Assembly: GCF_000181795.1 (NCBI RefSeq)
Contig: NW_003526943.1
Span: forward strand, 2,844,707 to 2,908,706
Reading direction: 5' to 3'
From: Trichinella spiralis
Lineage: Eukaryota
DNA: 64,000 bases
Shown here: piece by piece, positions 12,496 to 26,490 of the stretch
Layout: every line of letters starts with the position of its first letter
Numbering within the stretch: the stretch's first letter is position 1
The notes under the pieces: model-generated
The model's input: the letters and a program-made list of their open reading frames with translations, nothing else
Database searches by the model: none
What the model was told of the DNA's origin: nothing
Position numbers and translations under genes: made by a program

Positions 12496-12894
12496 TATTA
12501 TGCTTCTGAGACCACTGAATGACTAGAAAACATAAGAAAAGCAAAACAACAACAACAGTAATAACAATAATAATAATAATAATAATAATGCTCATCGTAA
12601 CAACAAACAACAAGTAATAAATAAATAAAATATGCCTTTACAAGCTTTTGTGGATGTGTCATAGAAACAATAAACCACGTCTGTGTATGTTCACAAACAA
12701 AGGTGAAAGCAAAATTATTTATTATTTATTGCTTTTCCAAGACAACAAACAGCGCTCTAAGAGAAAATCTAAGCTCTAGACTTCTTTCTCTGTCTGTCTG
12801 TCTCTTTCTGCCTGTCCATATACTGACTGTAATGGAATAAGAAGAAGAAGAAGGAGAAAACAAACAATGCTAATAGAAATGCTGTTGTTGTTGT

Positions 12895-15591
12895 TCAAGA
12901 GTGATGGTGATGAGCACGAAAATGCGCCCAGTCTGGTGCCGCTGCCGGTGGTTGTGGCTGGTGAAAAGCGGCAATAGCTGCGGCACCGTGCGTGGAAATC
13001 AAGTGTGGCACGGCCCCGGCACCGGGCAAGTTGCGGCTGTTCGGTGTCGTCGTCGCACCCAACGACATGTAGAGACGAGTTTGCAGCAGTTGCAGTTCGG
13101 TCTGATATTGGGTGATTTGTTCCTGCAAGCTGCTCTGACGGTGCATCAGCTGTTCACAGAGCAACCGCTCTTCATCCGCATTCAATTCCACCAGACCACA
13201 ATCGTCCGCATACTGTAAAATAGAATATGCTGGGATGTGTGAAAGGGACAAAAGAGACAAAAAGTTCGCTGTGAACTTTTGTATTCATTACATTTGGTTG
13301 CGGATCGGCTTTTCTGAAACCGAAATCGGCAAATGCTGCAGCAGCAGCAGCAGCAGCAGAAGCTGCACTAGCAGTGCAGCAACGATCATCCAGCAACGGA
13401 GAATGTTCGATCGATACCCCAGGCTGAGGTCTCAGCACTTGGGGCACGGCCAGTCGTGAACATGAATTATCCACCGAATTGTCTGAAACTGTCGCTTCTG
13501 AAATTTACGTTTCAAATAACCGAACACAAGCGAAAAAATATCTCTTTTAGCAGCTCACTTGAAGAAGAAGAAGCATTTCGAACCGATAATGCGGACTTGC
13601 AATCCTCTGATTCTTTGCTTAAACAAAAATGAAAATATAAGTTTTGCATAATTGTTTTAAAACATTTCGCTACAACCTCACAACCAAACTAACGCACAGT
13701 ACGGAACTGTTCGACGATAGAACAGTACAACGGCTTTCTATGTAAATCCAGCTGCCGCATTTAATTTGAAATCGGTACGGCTTCATCAGAACTTCTTTTG
13801 TATGCATAACTACAACAATGAAAACATATGAATTGACTAAATTAAATGTATATGAGAAAAAAAAAGTTCCCTCACGAGTTTCATGATCTGCACTGATCTG
13901 TTCCAAATCATCTGCATGATAATAATCGTAACCGGAACAGCCAACAATTTCAAATGGAGTATAACCGGTGATTTTTATTCCACTTGAATGTCATTTCAAA
14001 AAATACTGCGTTATTTTTAGCATTGAATTCTTAATATTTTGAAATAAATGTATAATATGTTAATATAATTATTCTAATAATTCAACTTGACAAACTATTT
14101 AATAAAAGCAAATGCTTCGAAGAATGCTTACAATAAAAACACTGTGACCAATTTATTTATACATGATAACCTGATAACCTATTTTCGTACTTTTTTTAAT
14201 TCTAAAACGTGACCAAGTTTTTCACAATAAGTTTTGTAAAATTGTAGACATTTTTTTCGAAACAATACAAAGCTCTCAATAAAGTTCTTCACAATGTGAA
14301 ATATACTTTTAACATTCTCAAAATTTCATCTATTTATTTATAAAAATGAAAAAAAATTAACACACCAAATATTAATGATGTGAAAATAATATATAGAAAA
14401 GAAAACAAAACAAAAAAAGCAATTAAATTCCTCACTTTTCATCAATGCATAAAAATTTCCACTCGGTGTTGAATTTGCAAGCAAATTCGCAGACGGATTT
14501 CAACTGTGGCAGAGGAATGCTGACGTCATGAAACAGTGGCATGCACACGCAACAATACAAATATTCGCCTTCACAATTTTCCTCAAATTCTGGAAAAGCA
14601 CCTGAAATTTTGAGCAGACATTCCAAACAGTTGGTGTATTGGAAATAATTATTCATATATTTGTCACATTCTCACTTTTTCGCACCACCAGTCCAGAAAC
14701 TTTGCATCGCATCCACACTTCTGTATCGTCAATAAAATTCCAGTAAAAAGAAAATATTTCTTAAAATAATAAATTCCATTTTTCACAACTTTGAACAAAT
14801 AAAATAAATTTACTTTCAGTAACATTGGCTGAAGTTAAACGTTCTTTCATGAAGCTTTTGAAAGAAACTACACTCATCTGGTCGACAATGTCAATCAAGG
14901 TGATACCTTCTTGATAACCCTATTTGTGATTAATCTTATGGAAATAGTTTTCAAAATTTAACTAGCTAACATACCTTGCGCAAGCTTCTCAAAGGAGAAT
15001 CTGAGGCATAGAGCACCTGTCCCGTCTCGGATGTGATCATCAAAAACATGCTCACCGACTTCTGCAACATCAAAAAGCACTCGTTCAAAGATGTCGTGCC
15101 TCTATTGTACCCTCCGCTCGTTCCGGATGTTGATTCCGAACTGCTAAATTGAACTAAACCAGAATATGTACAGATAATAAAATTAGATCAAGCTAATACA
15201 ATAAAATACAATACAATTCTGTTTTTGCAAATAAGCTATCGTCTGTCGCAAGACGTTCGATTTATCCAACTTTCTACCGTCAGAACATACAATGCTAGCT
15301 AATTCTGTTATAATAGTATTGAACGTATCTCGACGACGTTTCTCGCTCAAATTTCGTGACTGCCTAAAAATTACACAATAAACACCAATGAATCAGAAGG
15401 CACGTCAAGTTAAAAAAACGGTAAACCAATTGAATAGGTTACCATAATGAAACTGGATTTTTAATAAATTTTAGCAAATAAATGGTTAAATATAAATAAA
15501 ACGCCAAAAATAATGCCGAAAATATTAAATTTCAAACCAAGTACCATAAAAATATCATTTACCTCTTTGATTCGGATATTTCGTGTGCCAT
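12895..15591 (-). CDS. CLOCK: CLOCK/NPAS2-class bHLH-PAS transcription factor, about 511 aa, 11 exons
   Basis: Exons (minus) 15563-15591, 15215-15363, 14975-15153, 14814-14919, 14676-14759, 14436-14601, 13876-13982, 13677-13809, 13559-13617, 13292-13497 and 12895-13212 are GT-AG, in phase and total 1536 nt. b[110 protein letters not shown]-terminal coil: [35 protein letters not shown]. Confidence 0.85.
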
Positions 15592-16397
15592 TTCCTTTTA
15601 ATTAAATAATTAACAAATCAGTACTCTGTAAAAACCACTAACAGATTTCAGTCCACTAGATATTATGCATCATCACATGTTAATTTAAAAAAACATTGTG
15701 AAATATCACGAAATTTTTACTGAACATTTCAGTTCAAAGGAGCTGTCAAAAAAGTTGTCGAGAAAGTCCCCTGCGATATTTTGATTGTCAAGTTCATTTT
15801 TCTACTGTAAGTTTCGTCATTTGCTATATTTTCGAAATGAAAAGCTTATTGATATATGTTATTGTGAAAATTAATGTTTAAAATTAGTCAACTTCTTTTG
15901 AGAAATTGAACTATTATTTTTCTATTTACAAAATATCTCAATTTCATTTAACAAGATAAGACGAACAAAGGATAAAACAAAGTAGTATATGAAAATTTAA
16001 GAATTCAGTCATCATCATACAGTTCTTAATGATTTTTCCAAATGGAATTCATGTGGTTTTGTAAAGTGCTGTGAATTTAAACTGTTCACCGTAAAATTTG
16101 ATTTGCGTACTTATGAATTTTACAAATTAATTTAATAAAGTGTGTATATAGTGCATTTTTATATAAATAAATGATAAAAATATTGCTCATTGCAAAAATA
16201 TTTATATAAAACTTTTTAAAATCAAACAAGCTAATCGTGACTCCTTTTGTTTTTATTGTTTCAAATGTGGAATACTGTATTTATCTGTTTTGCCATAACT
16301 TTATTCATGAGTAATCTGTATGACATACTTTATTTCATGATACAGTAGCACTAAGATGTTTGCTGAACTGTTCATAAGTGTTTTGGGGTAAGAAAAT

Positions 16398-18055
<1,658 letters not shown>

Positions 18056-19103
18056 TTATGACTGATGATGAAGCATTGAATGCAGAAATTTGATTTTGAA
18101 CTTTTGAAAATGCATAAAGTGCAGTTATTTTCATTTTGAATAAAAGTTAAAACATAAAATAACTGAGTGGAAGAATAACGAATTATGCCGAAGTCGGTTT
18201 TCTGTTTGTGTTGGATCTTTGCACGGCGATCCATTCTTTTGACATGTCAGCACTGCTGAGCAGAGTATTTTAAATTATAATTTTCTTGTTCGCATAGCAT
18301 ATCACGATTTGCTTTACCAGAATTTTGATATGATCAATTGTTGTTCGAGCTGTCATAACATAAACATTCTCAAAACGATCTATTTCTGTTTTCGTTTTTC
18401 ATTGTTACCATGAAAATATTTTCTTCCATTGTTAATTTTTGAAAGTTTTAAATATTTTTCTTTCTTAATTTATTTATTATTTGCTTGAAATGTTTTTGAA
18501 GCTTTCATGTTTCCCATTAAGAAACCGAACTAAGCTGCCATTTTTCACGCTTTGCTGCGTGTATCACGAATGCAGTTACAATAATACAGTAATGGTGAAA
18601 TTCAAGTAATGACAAAAGTATTTATGACAAGAGCTTATCATCTTTTATTTATTGTGCTTCATTTTTCTGTACTTTTTGCTTCTCTGTTTGTATAGTATTA
18701 TTAGATCTTTTATAAAACATTGAAAATATTTGATTTTATTAATAAATTTTAGCTACGGCATGCAGATGATAAATAACGCTTTTCTTGTTTTTACTTTATT
18801 ATCAGTTTTTATCATTTTTCCTTCAATTTTAGCACATTAAGAATAAATAACCTTTTATTTTTCAACAGAAACATTTGTTTAACGGTAATGATTTATTCAA
18901 CTTTACTAAAATGCTACACTCTTCTTATAATGTCGAACTTAAAAAAATAAGTAATGTGTTATTATATTATGTTATATTATATTATATTATATTATACTGC
19001 ACTGAATAATTAATATAAACAAATAAAGTGCTGGAACATGAAATTAAGTAACAAGAAAAGTCTTGAGCACTACAGTAAACCAAAACTGCGGTTTTCTATT
19101 TAT

Positions 19104-22100
19104 ATGATGTGTAAAAATATGATTACATATTGCTTTGTATTGATTGTTTTTTCAATGCTTAAAGTAATTAATTCTGATCTCGCATCTGTTGCTGTTTATG
19201 GTGATGGAATTCGATTTCCATCATTATCGTTGCCTCTTCGACACATATTTTTGCAATTAGTGGATGAAAATGGACAAAAGTGAGCATTTTATAAAGTGAA
19301 GAAGAATTAAAATTTCACAATTTAATTTCAGCATCACAAAATCAGTGGATTCAAATCTATTCCGCATTTTACCATCTTCGTCAGATTCAAATTGTGTGGT
19401 TCACGATCGTCTTATTGATTGTTATGATGGGACATATATATATCTTTTCGATATTCAGGCTTCTTGTGCAAATTTAGCTATAGATATTCAATCGACTACA
19501 GGAAAATCGTTATTAAATCCATTACTTTTAGAAGGTTAGTTTTTCTACATTTCAGCCATAATTTAATTGGCATTGAAAAATATAGTATAAGTCAGCAGTT
19601 ATTCAGTTTCTATAGTAGTATGATTTTGTATGTTTCGTATTGCGTAATATTGTAATATTATGTGAAATATGGAAACGAACATCTTATCGTATTACTGAAA
19701 AGTAAGTTAAATTTCTGTATTCTACAATAAATGTGCATTAATAAAATATCTGGGAATACTTGTGCAACGTTATTCATAAATGTGTATTTGGAAGTTCCTC
19801 ACTTGATAAAGATTGGTTTTATAATGGTATGTACTGTAAACTTGAGTGCATGTATGAACGCGCGTAACTATAGTAAGTTTTATTAACATGTATATTACTG
19901 GCTCACCAAAATGAAGTTTTGCTTTTTTTATTCGAACATTGCTATTTACAAAATATGAATCTTTATACAGGCAGCTAACATAATAAATTTATGTATGGAA
20001 TAACAGATGCGTGTGAAAAATGTCTTCTTAATTGTAAATTGAAGTGTAAAAATAAAAATACAGCGAAAACTATAGGTTGCTGCGGTTATAAGCTCGTAAT
20101 TAATGTCCATTTTATTATTGTTATCTGAAATAAAAAGTGATAAATCAAATAACTCGTTTTCAAATAGAAGTCTAAAATCATTTTCTTGTAAACCAGAATG
20201 ATATTTGCTTTGCTTTTTTGATTCATGCTTGCTATTATGCTTTTAGCATTTTTTGTAGGTTTCTTTAGTTGATGATTTTGAAATTATTCAGAAATTATAA
20301 ACTGATCAAAAGTTCAAGTTGTTGCTAATTCAAAGTAACCATTAAGCATAGAATTGTAATTTGGTTTTTAAATTAAAAAACTTTTAAAGATTATTTTACA
20401 TTTAAGTATTAATTTTGTTAAAGTATTTTAAATATTTTGAGTAGTTATTATATCCGCTGTATTTATTATATTTGTGTGGTAGTATTTGATATTTTTTGGG
20501 TTAGGAAGTAATGGAAGTGGGCACGTCTTTTTTTCATTTTATAGGACCACTACATCCAGAACAGTGCGAATGCCCCATACCAATAGAAGAATGGTTTGTG
20601 AAAGCTAAATGTGAAGAATTTGCAGATCTGTTATCTTCACTGAATGAATCCTTTCTTCAGTGGAATAAAGGTGCTATAGAAATTACAAAAGTATTGGAAG
20701 AAGCCTATTCAATGTGGGGTGTGCATAACCGTTCCCACAGTTATGTGCACTACAAAATTAGAGATAACATTGTATGATTTAGAATAGTTTTGATAATTGA
20801 TTATAGTTTGAATAATAATACTAATAATTAGAGTCAAATATAAAAATGAAATTCTGAATTTAAGGAAAAGTAAAAGTTGACTCATTATTTGATCTATAAA
20901 TTTGTCGCATTATTAATTATTAATGCACTTGTTTTACTCTATGCTGAAAAATAATCTAAATATTATTATGTTGGGAAAAGTTTATTATTATTATTGGGTT
21001 TTTTATTGCTTTATTTTAATGTTTAATAGCTAAAAAATAAATTTAAATGAATGTTAAAGTCTAATGTACAATGTAATGCGTGTTAATCTTCTATTTGCTT
21101 ATATATACGTTTGAATTTTAATGTGTTTATGCCAAAGTTTAAAGTTATCAAATAAATTAACAAATGTAAATCAAAAATTTCTAGATTTTTCGACAAACTT
21201 TTGGTGAATACTGCGATTTCAAAATGTTTTCTGACGAAATGTTAGTGTCCATTAGTCGTAAAGTAAGAAAAGAGTTGCCGATCATTCATCAGTTGGACTC
21301 ATCCTTTTCAAACATTTATTATTTAGTTTATTTTACCAGATATGGATTTTTTATTAAACTTGGGTGATTGGCCATTAATGACAATGAACCATTTGAAGGT
21401 AGTTTCACCTCTACCAATTTTAAGTTGGTGCGGATCAAACAACTCTTTGGATATTGTCCTTCCTACTTACGAAATGATGCATTCAATTTTGAGAAAAGGT
21501 GCAGACAATATTTTTGTTGCTCAAGGATGGCGTAGCATTTCATGGGAAGAGAAAGAAAATAAAGCATTTTGGCGAGGTCGTGATTCATCAAAAGAAAGAC
21601 TTCTTTTGGTTAACATTTCTAGAAAATACCCTGATCTATTGGATGCGAAGTTGACGCATTTCTTTTTCTTCACTGATAAAGTGGATGTTTATGGGCCGCC
21701 AGTTCACAACATAGCTATGCCGAAATTTTTTGAAGTAATTTTAAAAATTTGTAATATTTTTTATTAAACTTACATTGTAAAATAACATATATGTATATGT
21801 ATATGCATAGTAGTATATTTTATAACTGCTGTTTATCTTGTTGGTGAAATTATTAAACAATTAATTTTTGACAGCAATTAATAGTTCGTTTAAAGGCTAT
21901 AGGTTTTAAGTAATATGTATTTAGTTTAAATATCAAATCTCAGTTGATGGTACGGTCGCTGCTTATCGACTTATGTATTTGCTTGCCGGAAACAGTATTA
22001 TATTGAAGCAAGATTCAATTTATTACGAACACTTTTATCCATTGTTGAAGCCATGGGTTCATTATGTACCAGTAAAAAGGGATCTTTCTGATTTAATTGA

Positions 22101-22488
22101 TCAGATTCTGTGGTCAATGAATCATCCTGATCAAGTTGTCTTTTATTTGTTCTTTTTATTATTTAATTTTTGTAAATCATTAACTTTTTAAATACAATGC
22201 TTAGGTTAAAACTATAATCAAGAATGCCCAGAATTTTGTCAATTCATATCTGACCCCACGCGCAACGTACTGTTATTTGGCCGACGTGTTCAAGGTAACA
22301 ATCTAACAGAAAATATAAACATTATAGCTAAGTTTTACAATTTTTTCTTTACTTTTTAGAAATATGCTGAAATATTAAAGAAGCCACTGGTGAACATCAA
22401 CAGTGAGAAGTTTGAAAGCGTGCCTAAGACTGATTCAAATGTTTTTTGTTCTTGTTCAAATATTGCATTCAAAAATGATGAATTATAA
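19104..22488 (+). CDS. KDELC1/2 (POGLUT2/3)-like protein O-glucosyltransferase: signal peptide, filamin-like repeat, CAP10/GT90 domain, ER-retention NDEL
   Basis: [24 protein letters not shown] and [11 protein letters not shown] (filamin-like), [106 protein letters not shown]. Ends KNDEL*. The start codon is uncertain (19038, 19104 or 19119). Confidence 0.88.
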
Positions 22489-22854
22489 ATTATTTTTGCT
22501 TTTTATATATGATCTCAGTGTGTGAATGAGAAATAGTAAATAAAAACATGTAAATTAATAATGCACAAAAATAAGCGTAAAATTAATATTAATATGCAAA
22601 TTGTTTACGATTAATTATCTACTTAAATTATTTATATTTTACCAGATAGAAAGTTGAAAATATTAAATTCATTTTAAAGTTGCAGGCAAAAAAATTATTT
22701 TTTTAAATAAATAAAATATTTTAAATTTTAAATGAAATATTTTTATCATGGCGGCGAATAAAATAATTCTAAGCTCGCATAGCATGTAAATTACAAGAAT
22801 CATGTTTTGAACGGAAAAAATTAAGTTTTCAGCAAAATTCTATGAACAGTTGTA

Positions 22855-23084
22855 CTCCCATTTTGTCCGCATAAATTCGACCACAAATTGTGATTGGCTG
22901 GTCGCTTATTGGCTGTACACGATTGATCGGTAAACGGCGGTTTGGCTAATGCGTTCTGCTATTTTATTAGTTACCCAGTTTTCATCACTTATTGGTCGAA
23001 TAGCGTATGGCATTTGATTAGCCACTCAGTTTTGATCATTGATTGGATAATTTTTTTCCATCAAAGTTTTCCCAAATATGGGGT
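22855..23084. mobile_element. ~230-bp MITE-like element or long-TIR arm (copy 1), CCAAT-rich
   Basis: Inverted homolog of 25456-25692, with a 29-bp perfect inverted core (23054-23082 vs 25459-25487). Its own ends, TCCCATTTTG...CAAATATGGG, are self-complementary. Confidence 0.65.
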
Positions 23085-25455
23085 GCTTTATTATTAAATT
23101 CTCTTATATAGACATAAATAATCACATTTCCAAAATTTTATAACAATGTTTTTGTTTTAAAACTGAACTACATCATTACTGCATCTATCATCTAAAAGAT
23201 CTTAAAGATATGATGAGGAAAAGAGCGCAAGGAAATTCACGCTAAACACAGCTGTTTGAAAATCTCTTAGAATGGAACTTAAATATGACTAAGGAGTGGA
23301 CTGTATTAGTTATTTGTAGATAATTCAAAACCAAATTATGAAGTAGAATTCAATTTTATTCAGTTGGAGCAAGATAGACAGTGAGCCAGCGGCTAAGGAA
23401 CAGTCAACAGTTCAGTTAGATAGCTTATATCCCGAATATATATCTTATTCAGAATTCCATTTTAAATACCAATCTGCAACAATATTTAGTTTTCATTTCT
23501 CATTTTATCTACTATTGAAGATCAACTTTGATTTATATTTCTGTGGCACCTATGCCTTTTGTTGATGTTGACAGAAAATTATTAATCACACACAAATGGC
23601 CCACAAATGCTGACATCAAAGTATGCGATGTCCACTTCAGAGTAAATTTGAAGCAGCTTTAACAGCTTTTCTGCTTGGTGCTGTTCATCGCTTTTTTTCC
23701 GCTTCCAAAGTGCTTTACATTTATCCACCCACGTTCATAAACACTGCTCAAAAAATGTTAGTCAACAGTTGCTTTCACTCGTCATATAAATTTCCTTCTT
23801 AGCTAACAAGTAAATGAGATTTATGCCTAAAGTTGTTTTTTGTTTGACAGATACTGTTCTGATGAAGGCTAGTTGAGGGCTATTCAAGTACAAAGGAACT
23901 AAAACTGAGAGTGGTGGTTACTAAATGTTAGCATCGAAACACTTTTCTGATTTTGCCTGCCTGCTCCCTGAAAATATTTCTAGTTTGCAGAAGAATTAAT
24001 CTTTCTAATCTTTCTTTCGCTTCTGTTTACAAGAGTTATTGTTTTTCTTCTTATGCTTCATTTAAATAAAAAATAAAATCTGGAATTTTGTTTAAAATAA
24101 AAATTTGTGATTATACATTTTGTGTACGCTGTATTAAATTTGTTTTTCAATATCTAAAGTAAAACTGACTACTGGGTTGACTAAACATTCAAGTTGCAAT
24201 TGTTGTATTACGATGATAACCAAATGTTCAACGTGACAGATCAAAAAAGATCTGTTGCATTTTCAAAACATTTCACCAAACAAAGTGAAAGCAAAGAAAA
24301 TTATTTTTCATCTCAAGTTCACTCCATCATGGGTAGCAACGTCATCTTTCTTCAGCACTGCATATGTTCTGCCAAAATATGATTATTGCTAATTATCCTC
24401 GTCGGCATGCATAAAGCATATATTGATCTTTCATTTGCTGCCCTAAATTTCATTCCCACTGTTGAAAGTGATCATTATCATGAGGTTCACTGTCTTGGTC
24501 ACACAATGAATTCATTTGAGAAAGTGTGTGTTTGTAGCACTGTAAAAATTCCAGACACCAATATCATTGTATGTTTTGTACTTGTGCATTTCTATGGTAT
24601 ATGTCAAGAAGTATCTGCTGCACTCACACTATATCAAGGGAATGTAAAAAATTTCTCAGATGCAGCGTAGCTGCTGTACAGATTGAACTGAAAATGCTTT
24701 TGGCTAGTTTAGGGGAAATTTAACTGCAGCACATGTTTGTTGGTCTAGTGAAATTTCAGAAAATTCTGCGTGATGAATTTTGACCTGACTCATGACATAA
24801 TTGCTGCACAGCTTTCTTCATTGTCAAATAAGTTGACAAGGCTAGCTTTGCTGCCATCGTAAAACGTCATTACGTGTCGAATTATGAAAACAATGAATGA
24901 CCCAGACGTAGATAAGCATGTCCATTTAACCTCTCTTTGTTCAGTTATCTCTTCTTTAAGCAGTTCATTTGTTGCTTCTATATTTTTTGCAGAATGATGC
25001 AATTGGATAATAAAGATATTCAATTCGTAAAGGACAGGACCGTCAGTTCTATTTTTCTTCTATTTATTTCTCAGTGGGCATTACTAGCTGGTTCTATTTC
25101 TGTCTTAGATTTGAAATATCTTTTCGAATAATATGAATAAATTGTAATGAATCAGTCTGTATCTCAAACAATCAACAAAGCTAATAGACAAAGGGAAGTG
25201 CTACACGCTCAAGCACACAAATCATAATGATTAATACTGGTTGTGAACAAAGATTCACACAGCGGATTAATGTAGCACATTAAAATAATCTTCAGTAATC
25301 AATGAAATGTAAAAAGACAAAGCTTTTTAAAAGCATCATTTGCTAAATCCAAAACACATATACACTATTCCACATTACATATAAAACAAGAACTTTGTTT
25401 CAAAAAATAAGAAATGTGATTATTCATGTCCATATTAGGTGATTTACTGGTTAAG

Positions 25456-25692
25456 CGTCCCATATTTGGGAAAACTTTGATGGAAAACAATCGTCCGATC
25501 AATGACCAAAGCTAAGTAGCTAATCAAGTGCTACAAGTTATTCAACCAATTATAGATGCAAACTGGATAACAAATAAAACAATATAACTCATTAGCCAAT
25601 TAGTAATCAATAGCCGTACAGCCAATCAACGACTCGCCAATCACCAATAGGGGGCAGAGTTAGGGGAAATCTGGACCGGACAAAGTGGGACG
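25456..25692. mobile_element. ~235-bp MITE-like element or long-TIR arm (copy 2, inverted)
   Basis: Ends CGTCCCATATTTG...CAAAGTGGGACG, contains five CCAAT motifs, and is a reverse-complement match to 22855-23084. Confidence 0.65.
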
Positions 25693-26490
25693 ATCCCAAA
25701 GAAAATTATTAAATTTTATTCAAATTATCTAAAAACTAAAAATTAATTATATTGCACATCTTTGAAATCAGACATTTCATCATTGTAATCGAATGTAGGT
25801 CTTTGTTTATGAATAAAACTGGGTGACAATGGCTACATGCTTAACATAAAAATATTTTTTAAATACATTCATTTTATTTTGTTCAACTACTTCAATGGTT
25901 GAAAGCAGTAGAGCTTAAGATTCAAACTGTAAATTAAGTTACATACGTTTACTTAAACTTCTTTTCACAAAAGATCACAATGTTTGATTTCTTTCAACAC
26001 TTTCAAAATAAATATTAAATTTTACTTTTCAAAAAACTGAAATAATGATAACTTAATGCATATTTGCAAAAATGCTGTGTAACACGATCACAGATTTTTA
26101 CTTCTTCAATACATGCTGTTGCCTTTCTCTACTACTGCGCTAAAAATATTACCTTGCTGACTTTAAAAAGAAATTTAAGACAAACGTGAAAAAATATATG
26201 CAAATGAGCGAATGAGAATAAGAAAAGATGTCAAGAAATAGTTAATGAAATGCTTAACATGAATAAAAATTAATCGACAGAGCATCAAAAACGGAATGAA
26301 TAATTAAAAAAACAAAACTTAACAGTAAAAATATTACTAGTAAATATTACTAAAATATGCAGTGATTAAGAAACGGAGAAGTTTTACGTAATATTAAAAA
26401 TTTTCAATAATTTGACGGCCCAATAGTGAAGAAGAAGATCCAATGTGCTGACAGTACAATTTTCTTCCCTTTGTCTTATTTAGCCAATAA

